Source: Desulfobacterales bacterium (GTDB lineage: Bacteria > Desulfobacterota > Desulfobacteria > Desulfobacterales > JASFBJ01). From it: DNA of 38,218 nucleotides. The stretch covers positions 1 through 38,218 of the forward strand of contig JASFBJ010000001.1 in NCBI GenBank assembly GCA_030149585.1, written 5' to 3'. Of the stretch, positions 32,237-38,218 are shown in pieces; position 1 is the first letter of the stretch; each line of letters starts with the position of its first letter. A program made the translations under genes and the position numbers. Under the pieces are notes generated by a model that searched no databases, was not told the DNA's origin, and saw nothing but the letters and a program-made list of their open reading frames with translations.

Positions 32237-34266
32237 TATTTATCATTTTTAATTTGTTGAATATATTCCAGAGCATCCTGACTTCCAGATTGAGCGGCAA
32301 TGTTGAAATCCTGCATGGCCTTGCTCTTTTCACCGGATAAAAGATAGACCCGGCCACGTCCGTAATAAAACTCGGCCTGAGACGGTTTCAGCTTTATGGC
32401 CTGATTTATAAATGAGAGAGCCTTGGAATAATCGCCCAGCTCCCCGTATGAGATTCCCATATTAAAAATTGCTGAAACATCCAGAGGATCGAGTTCAAGA
32501 GCCTTTTTATAATAAATAACAGCAGCCTTGTCATTCCCGTATGTAGAACATAATCTCCCCTGCTCTCGTAAAAAAATGGCTTCCTTTTTTTCAGGCGACG
32601 CATTGTTTTTTACACTTTTTTTTTCGTGCAACACATTTTTTTTTATCTTTTTTTTATCATTATCAATAAATTTATCAGCCAGTTTCAATCGCATCATATA
32701 ATCACTCAACTTTGCTATATCTTTTTTCTTCACGGTTATTGCCGCCTGTGAACGCCCCTTATTCATTTGGCTGGTAACCTTGATATTACCGACATCCGGC
32801 AAAGGAATCTTATTATAATCTTCTTTTTCAAAAAACTCTTGCATATTGGACAGATAGGCCGCCAGATCAATTTCCATGGCCGAAGTAAAGCCCTGAACTT
32901 TGTCCTCTTTAAGACTTTTGACGATTAAAATTAATTCTTTCATTCTTATATCGTTGGGAGCAATAATAAACAGGTTGTCGACTATGGCAAGCCGTGCCGA
33001 ATATTCAACCAGATGGTTATTAGCCGATTGTAAATTCGTTGGAACATCTTTGCCAACGGCTAAGAGCGGAAAACTGCTCTTAATTCCAACCACCTTATGC
33101 CCCAAAACATTGCTATCACTGGTGCGGGAAAAAGACTGAACTGTTTTTTTCTTAGATCCTTCCTGTTTTGCAAGGGGCCCGCCCATGGTATGACCATATT
33201 CCAGGAGCCAGGGTAGATAAGTTTTTTCAATAAAATTCGACTGGTCAACCTGCTTTTTTAAAACCGAAAGCATTTCAATAATCATCTGATGCTGCTTCTG
33301 ATAAGAGATGCCTCCAGCAAGTTCACCAGTAAAATTTTTACTGATTGATATCAAATCCTCAAAATCTACTCCTTCTTCCTCATAAAATTTGCCAAAACTT
33401 TTTCTAACCAGCGCTGTAACGGCTTTAATATCATAACTTCCGCACATGAAAGAAATGGCGCCTTCAGGTATGTATTTACTGAGAAGAAGCGATGTTTGTC
33501 CAGGTCTGAAAATATGATCCAGCTCGGTGCTCTTTTCTGCCAGGGCGTGGAGGCCAAGCTCAATATTTTCCGAATTAAAATCAAGGCTGAGTCCAAAAGA
33601 AGCCAGTTGCTCAAATATCTCCAGCAAACTATTTGCTGTTTGAACGAAATCCGGTTTTTTAAAAGTTGAGCCGTTTATTTGCTGATTATTTTTGGGCGGT
33701 TTAGCATTTTTAATAGCCTGATCAATTTTTGAGCGATGTTGTTTCAAAATCGCCTCAATTGAAATTTCGATCATTAAGGATTTTTCAGGCTTGGAGTTGG
33801 AAATTTTTCTCAGCGCTGTTTCAGAAGCTTTGGAAATTTGAATATCAGCTCCAGGAGGTAAGGGCAGGATATAATATCCTGGCCCTGTCTTGGCATTATA
33901 AGCTGCCCTGAAATTTTCGTTGGGTTCAATAAATGGAATAAACGCCATACTGACCGGCGGGGTATCCATTGAAAATTCAACAGGGTTCTCAAGACCTATA
34001 ACAATATGGCGAACCGGATCAATCCAGTCAGTGCCATGTAAAAACCCTTTTAGCATGCCTGTTGGCGAAATACCCTGTTTCTGGGATTTACCGGCCATGA
34101 GATCATCAATTTGAAAAAGAATATTTTCCAAATCATTAATTTTGATAATGGCAATAAATGGAGATGCCTGGTTTGGGCCGGCATGTACTGAGCAGACCCA
34201 TACGCAGATAATTAAAAAAAAGATGAGGGGCAGGGTGATTTTTAATGCAATATTATTTTGCTTCAT
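32236..34266 (-). CDS. Secreted 676-aa protein of unknown function with Lys-rich linker and C-terminal TPR repeats
   Basis: Signal peptide (VCSVHA-GP). About 530 aa have no motif I recognise. The C-terminus AVIYYKKALELDP...FNMGISYGELGDYSKALSFINQAIKLKP...YYGRGRVYLLSGEKSKAMQDF is TPR. Confidence 0.6.
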   Translation of the reverse strand: MKQNNIALKITLPLIFFLIICVWVCSVHAGPNQASPFIAIIKINDLENILFQIDDLMAGKSQKQGISPTGMLKGFLHGTDWIDPVRHIVIGLENPVEFSMDTPPVSMAFIPFIEPNENFRAAYNAKTGPGYYILPLPPGADIQISKASETALRKISNSKPEKSLMIEISIEAILKQHRSKIDQAIKNAKPPKNNQQINGSTFKKPDFVQTANSLLEIFEQLASFGLSLDFNSENIELGLHALAEKSTELDHIFRPGQTSLLLSKYIPEGAISFMCGSYDIKAVTALVRKSFGKFYEEEGVDFEDLISISKNFTGELAGGISYQKQHQMIIEMLSVLKKQVDQSNFIEKTYLPWLLEYGHTMGGPLAKQEGSKKKTVQSFSRTSDSNVLGHKVVGIKSSFPLLAVGKDVPTNLQSANNHLVEYSARLAIVDNLFIIAPNDIRMKELILIVKSLKEDKVQGFTSAMEIDLAAYLSNMQEFFEKEDYNKIPLPDVGNIKVTSQMNKGRSQAAITVKKKDIAKLSDYMMRLKLADKFIDNDKKKIKKNVLHEKKSVKNNASPEKKEAIFLREQGRLCSTYGNDKAAVIYYKKALELDPLDVSAIFNMGISYGELGDYSKALSFINQAIKLKPSQAEFYYGRGRVYLLSGEKSKAMQDFNIAAQSGSQDALEYIQQIKNDK

Positions 34267-34487
34267 TAGATTCTCCTATGCTTATGACTGTTGCTGTTCG
34301 TTTCTATGATCCATGCTCTGATTCCAAGCGTAAAAATTCAAAGAATAAAATCCAAAACATAAATATAGATGCAAAAAATGTTCCTGATCGATATTTTACA
34401 TTCAAAATACAGATTCTACAGCGCCAGCTCTGATTTTTCACTTACCCTGCGCGTTAAAAATAAATTTGTTAAGAAAATTCAAAGCCA

Positions 34488-34670
34488 TCAGGCTTTTTTA
34501 TCATCCTCCAGTTCATCTTTTTTTTTATTATCAGCTTCTGTGGAAGCATTTTTAAAATTTTTAATAGCTTTTCCCATACCACCCCCGATTTCCGGAAGTT
34601 TGCCAACTCCAAAAATGATAAGGATTATAACCAGAATGATTATTAATTCCGGCATGCCAATTCCAAACAT
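34488..34670 (-). CDS. tatA: Twin-arginine translocase subunit TatA/E
   Basis: [49 protein letters not shown] is canonical TatA. 60 aa. Confidence 0.9.
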   Translation of the reverse strand: MFGIGMPELIIILVIILIIFGVGKLPEIGGGMGKAIKNFKNASTEADNKKKDELEDDKKA

Positions 34671-34868
34671 AAGAACCTCCTGTTTTTTTTACACCCATTT
34701 TTTATATGATATTTTCGACATTATTCATTTAAAATCACAATTATTTTTAACTCATAGCAGTATGTAATGAAAGTGTCAATCTGAGACCAGGGTTAAAATC
34801 AAATCAATTTTTCAGGGCCAAGGCTTTGTGTATTCTGCTGAACTCTTGAACTTATCAGCCCGGCATGC

Positions 34869-34976
34869 TATAGACCGTCACATAAATAATTTCACTGCGT
34901 TATCGGTCGGAGATATATTATTAGTATTATCTTCTTTCTCTGGCCTTGTGAAATTTATTATGTGATAATCTATATA
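34869..34976 (+). repeat. Copy B of the ~108-nt long-hairpin repeat element
   Basis: About 93% identical to 18043..18150. It lies in the divergent tatA / 35059 intergenic region, about 85 nt upstream of the + strand start codon. Confidence 0.85.
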
Positions 34977-35058
34977 TTAATAAATAATTAACTGGTTGCA
35001 TTTTTTTTAACATTCTTGATATTTCAATAGACTAAATTAATTTAAGGAATATTATATC

Positions 35059-36141
35059 ATGCCACAAAAATTTCAAGCTGATTGTCTGCCGGTTTTAATC
35101 GGCAGTCTGCCTCTTTTGGATCATCTTGCAGCAGCAGAACTAATCATGAAAAGCACACCCCAAATTCCACTTTGGGCACAGCTCCCGAATCTCCCCGGCG
35201 AAGATATGCTGACTCAGTTTCTTGATGGTTTGCCAGGGCTTGAAATTAAACCAGGGCTTGAAATTAAAAATGATAAAGCCATAATCAATACCGGCATGGC
35301 TGATTTCGATAATCAATTGCTCGATTTTTATGAAAACTATATGGCTGTTATTGATGGGCAAAAAAATATTTTCAATTCCCGCTTTTCCTTGTCTTCCAAA
35401 ACAGCACCAGGCTTTTTTACACTACTTGATCAAATACCACAACTATCATCTTTAAAAGCGGTTAAAGGTCAAATTACAGGGCCTGTAACGTTTTGCACAG
35501 CTCTGACGGATCAGGATAAAAGAGCGGTTTTTTATAATGAACAGGTTCGGGATGCAGCAGTAAAAATGCTTGGATTAAAAGCTGCCTGGCAAATCAAGAA
35601 ACTTGCGGTTGCCGGCTGTCCTGTAATTATTTTTATTGATGAGCCTGCTCTGGCCGGCTTTGGTTCCTCTGAGTTTATCAGTATTACCAAAGAGGATATT
35701 TCAACCTGTTTAAATGAGGTAATTGAACAAATTCATCAGGCAGGAGGCCTTGCAGGAATACATGTATGCGCCAATACAGACTGGTCCCTGGTAATGGAGT
35801 CTGAGGCTGATATTATCAATTTTGATGCCTATAGTTATTTTGATAAATTCTACCTCTATCCAGACCAGATCAAAAATTTTATGGGAGCCGGCCGCATTCT
35901 GGCCTGGGGCATTGTGCCGACCTTAAGAGGGGAAGATATTGAAAAAGAGACAGTGGCTTCCCTGGAAGCTTCCTGGATAGATAAAGCATTACAAATCGAA
36001 AAGCTTGGAATTCCCATGAAAATTCTCAAATCTCAATCTTTAATTACTCCAAGTTGTGGAACAGGCTCTTTAAGCCTTGAACATGCAAAAAAAGTGCTTA
36101 TTTTAACAAATGAACTTTCTCAGAGGTTACAGGAAAGCTAA
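35059..36141 (+). CDS. MetE-C-terminal/UROD-like (TIM-barrel, putative Zn-dependent methyltransferase-like) protein
   Basis: VKGQITGPVTF, IIFIDEPALAG, GIHVCAN and LITPSCGTG resemble the IDEP / HxC / C motif spacing of cobalamin-independent methionine-synthase-like proteins. Called by eye only. Confidence 0.4.
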   Translation: MPQKFQADCLPVLIGSLPLLDHLAAAELIMKSTPQIPLWAQLPNLPGEDMLTQFLDGLPGLEIKPGLEIKNDKAIINTGMADFDNQLLDFYENYMAVIDGQKNIFNSRFSLSSKTAPGFFTLLDQIPQLSSLKAVKGQITGPVTFCTALTDQDKRAVFYNEQVRDAAVKMLGLKAAWQIKKLAVAGCPVIIFIDEPALAGFGSSEFISITKEDISTCLNEVIEQIHQAGGLAGIHVCANTDWSLVMESEADIINFDAYSYFDKFYLYPDQIKNFMGAGRILAWGIVPTLRGEDIEKETVASLEASWIDKALQIEKLGIPMKILKSQSLITPSCGTGSLSLEHAKKVLILTNELSQRLQES

Positions 36142-36195
36142 ACCGCCTTTTTTGCTTATTTATATTTCAAATAAAAATTTTTGCGAGGTTGCTTG

Positions 36196-37050
36196 ATGAC
36201 GGATATTCAGACTAACAAAAAATTTTCAGAAGCCAGGGACTATGTTTTGGACGACGAGCTGGCCAGGATTGTAAATATTTCCATGGCCCTTGAAATGCCG
36301 CTGCTGCTCAAAGGTGAACCCGGCACCGGCAAAACCATGCTGGCCCATGCCATTGCGGATAATCTTCAAATGCCGCTGATTGTCCTTAATGTTAAATCCA
36401 GTATGAAACTGATTGATGCCCTTTACCAGTATGACACTCTTACCCGGCTTAATGACAGCCGCTTTGCCGATTCAACCCGGGATGTCAGCAAGATCAAAGA
36501 TTATATAAAGATGGGGAAAATCGGCCAGGCCTTCAGGGCTGAGCAAAAAACCGTGCTCCTGATCGATGAGATTGATAAGGCGGATACTGATTTTCAGGAT
36601 GATATGCTTGATGTGCTGGACCAGATGGAATTTGACATTATTGAAATTGATAAAACCATTCAAGCTTTAAATCGGCCGGTCTTTATTATCACCTCCAACG
36701 CCAAAAAAGATCTTTCCGATCCCTTTTTAGGACGCTGCAATTTCCATCATATTGCATTCCCAGATCAGAAAATGATGCGCAAAATAATTAAGGTTCATTT
36801 CCCGGATATAAGTTCCGAGCTTTCCGATAACGCTATCTCAACTTTTTATAAACTCAGAGAGCTGGATTCCATTGAAAAACGACCCGCCACCCGGGAATTG
36901 ATCAACTGGATCAGAGCTCTTAATGTTGATTCGGATTTTAAACCCAAAAAACTGATCAAAGGTGATATTCCATTTTTAGGTGTTTTATTTAAAAAAAGTC
37001 TGGACTATCAAAAAGCTTCTACCTTTGTTAACCGCCGAAAATTATTTTAA
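36196..37050 (+). CDS. MoxR-type AAA+ ATPase (CoxD/AAA_5-like)
   Basis: Walker A LLLKGEPGTGKTMLA and Walker B VLLIDEIDKA. About 285 aa. The ATG at 36196 is preferred over the TTG at 36181. Confidence 0.8.
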   Translation: MTDIQTNKKFSEARDYVLDDELARIVNISMALEMPLLLKGEPGTGKTMLAHAIADNLQMPLIVLNVKSSMKLIDALYQYDTLTRLNDSRFADSTRDVSKIKDYIKMGKIGQAFRAEQKTVLLIDEIDKADTDFQDDMLDVLDQMEFDIIEIDKTIQALNRPVFIITSNAKKDLSDPFLGRCNFHHIAFPDQKMMRKIIKVHFPDISSELSDNAISTFYKLRELDSIEKRPATRELINWIRALNVDSDFKPKKLIKGDIPFLGVLFKKSLDYQKASTFVNRRKLF

Positions 37051-37058
37051 GATAAGCC

Positions 37059-38218
37059 ATGTTTATTAATTTTTTCTACCAGCTTAAAGAGGTCGGCATT
37101 CCAGTAAGCCCTACCTCCTTTTTAACTTTGCATAAAGCTCTGTCTATGGGGCTGGTCAATAGTATAGATGATTTTTATACGTCCGCCCGTTCCATTCTGG
37201 TCAAAAGTGAGCGCTATTTTGACCTGTTTGATCAAGTCTTTGCCCATCAAATGCATGGAGTTGAAATGCCGGATATAGAGGGCCTTGAACTGGATCAAAT
37301 TGCCAGGGCCATGCTCGATGAGTGGCTTAAAAATCCCAAAGAACTGGCCGAGGCTTTAGGGTTTGATGAAAAGCAGCTCAGCAAAATGACCCCTCAAGAG
37401 TTGATAGACTATTTTAAAGAAAGGCTCAAAGAACAAACCGAACGCCATGACGGCGGCAATAAATGGATTGGTACAGGTGGCACATCTCCGGTTGGTCATT
37501 CCGGCTTTCATCCAGGCGGCATGCGTGTTGGTGGTGTTTCCCGTAATAAATCAGCTGTTAAAGTAGCCATGGAAAGAAGATATAAGGACTATTCTTTACA
37601 TGGGCCATTAACCCAGGCAATGATAGGTGAAGCTCTAAAGCGACTGCGCAATCTGACCCCGTCAGGGCCCAAAGATGAGGTAAATATTGACGAGACCATC
37701 TATCAGACCATGAAAAACGCCGGTGAAATCGAAATTATGTTTGATCGGCGTTTAAAAGACCGTCTCAAGATCATTCTGGCCATTGATAATGGCGGATATT
37801 CCATGGATCCTTATATCTCAATTATTCAAACACTTTTTGATTATGCCGGTGCCCAGTTCAAGGAAATAAAAACCTTTTTTTTCCATAATACTGTTTATGA
37901 TACTATCTGGAAAGATCCTACCCGGCACAAACAACCCCAAAGGGTTAACGATTTTGTTAAATTTGATCCGGAAACCCGCTTTATTCTTGTGGGTGATGCC
38001 AGTATGGCACCCTACGAACTCATGTCACGGGACGGTTCCATCTATATGAATGAAAATAGCGGAAAACCCGGTATTGATTGTTTACGTCTTATCGCCGCAA
38101 CTTTCCCCCACTGCGTCTGGTTAAATCCAGTGCCGGCCCGCATGTGGGACTATACCCAAACCATTACAGCTATTCGCCATATTTTCCCAATGTTTGAGTT
38201 AACCATTGATGGTCTGGA
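37059..38218 (+). CDS. CoxE-type VWA-domain protein, partial (runs off the right window edge)
   Basis: Hand translation from the ATG at 37059 stays open to the window end (386 codons). MFINFFYQLKEVGIPVSPTSFLTLHKAL..., GGNKWIGTGGTSPVGHSGFHPGGMRVGG and a later ILAIDNGGYSM (MIDAS-like) pattern follow a MoxR ATPase. It is not in the ORF track because it has no stop in the window. Confidence 0.7.
   Translation, partial: MFINFFYQLKEVGIPVSPTSFLTLHKALSMGLVNSIDDFYTSARSILVKSERYFDLFDQVFAHQMHGVEMPDIEGLELDQIARAMLDEWLKNPKELAEALGFDEKQLSKMTPQELIDYFKERLKEQTERHDGGNKWIGTGGTSPVGHSGFHPGGMRVGGVSRNKSAVKVAMERRYKDYSLHGPLTQAMIGEALKRLRNLTPSGPKDEVNIDETIYQTMKNAGEIEIMFDRRLKDRLKIILAIDNGGYSMDPYISIIQTLFDYAGAQFKEIKTFFFHNTVYDTIWKDPTRHKQPQRVNDFVKFDPETRFILVGDASMAPYELMSRDGSIYMNENSGKPGIDCLRLIAATFPHCVWLNPVPARMWDYTQTITAIRHIFPMFELTIDGL

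Noticed and set aside
34369-34767. 132-aa + strand ORF overlapping tatA.
   Set aside because: It is antisense to a canonical TatA with a strong AGGAGG RBS. The product is S/F/I-rich low complexity.
1-38218. A window-wide search for defence or mobile hallmarks: Cas genes, restriction-modification, toxin-antitoxin pairs, reverse transcriptase/retron, Abi, integrase, transposase.
   Set aside because: None was recognised. The only related trace is the truncated AlbA_2-type fragment at 25425..25739, so no defence-system claim is made.

Overview
This is a 38.2 kb AT-rich chromosomal segment. The protein content looks like a sulfate-reducing Desulfobacterota (Desulfobacterales-like) genome, but that is an inference from protein flavour only. 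All calls come from reading the sequence and the ORF track by eye; no searches were run.

Contents, left to right:
- (1) 1-5216, minus strand: a run of exported envelope proteins. These are two LPP20/FlgP-like lipoproteins (the first runs off the left edge and is missing from the ORF track), a trypsin-like S1 protease with a Pro-rich linker and Met/acid-rich tail, a CsgG/FlgO-like + beta-barrel + TPR protein, and a FlgT-like protein.
- (2) 5687-10027, minus strand: a tightly overlapping 5-gene operon. It encodes an LpxL-type acyltransferase, a B12-binding radical SAM enzyme, a LolA-like protein, a divergent FabD-like acyltransferase and a FabZ-like dehydratase. A lipoprotein (SRPBCC-like) + SAM-methyltransferase pair is transcribed divergently (10301-11709).
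- (3) An RNase II/R-family exoribonuclease.
- (4) 13978-19688: a signalling cluster. It holds a soluble multi-PAS/GAF histidine kinase, a REC-PAS-histidine kinase, two single-domain receivers and a cytidylate-kinase-like P-loop protein.
- (5) Housekeeping genes: hbd, tRNA-Leu(CAA), tsaC, a purD-purE fusion and ddl.
- (6) A SHOCT membrane protein and a truncated AlbA_2-type gene remnant.
- (7) A ferrous-iron locus: feoA, feoA, feoB, feoC, an acidic outer-membrane beta-barrel and a convergent DtxR-family regulator.
- (8) A holin-family membrane protein, a 676-aa secreted TPR protein and tatA.
- (9) A MetE/UROD-like protein, a MoxR-type AAA+ ATPase and a CoxE-type VWA protein that runs off the right edge.

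No CRISPR array, cas genes, transposase, integrase, rRNA or recognisable defence system was seen.

The most interesting candidates:
- (a) the fab-like/radical-SAM/LolA/acyltransferase operon, as a possible pathway for an unusual envelope lipid;
- (b) the FlgT/FlgO/FlgP-like + protease envelope module;
- (c) a ~108-nt long-hairpin element present twice, whose stem substitutions all preserve pairing only on the + strand (candidate structured RNA);
- (d) a second hairpin repeat family, a MITE-like element carrying REP-type hairpins, and tandem copies of the tRNA-Leu 5' end.

None of these can be proven novel from sequence alone.
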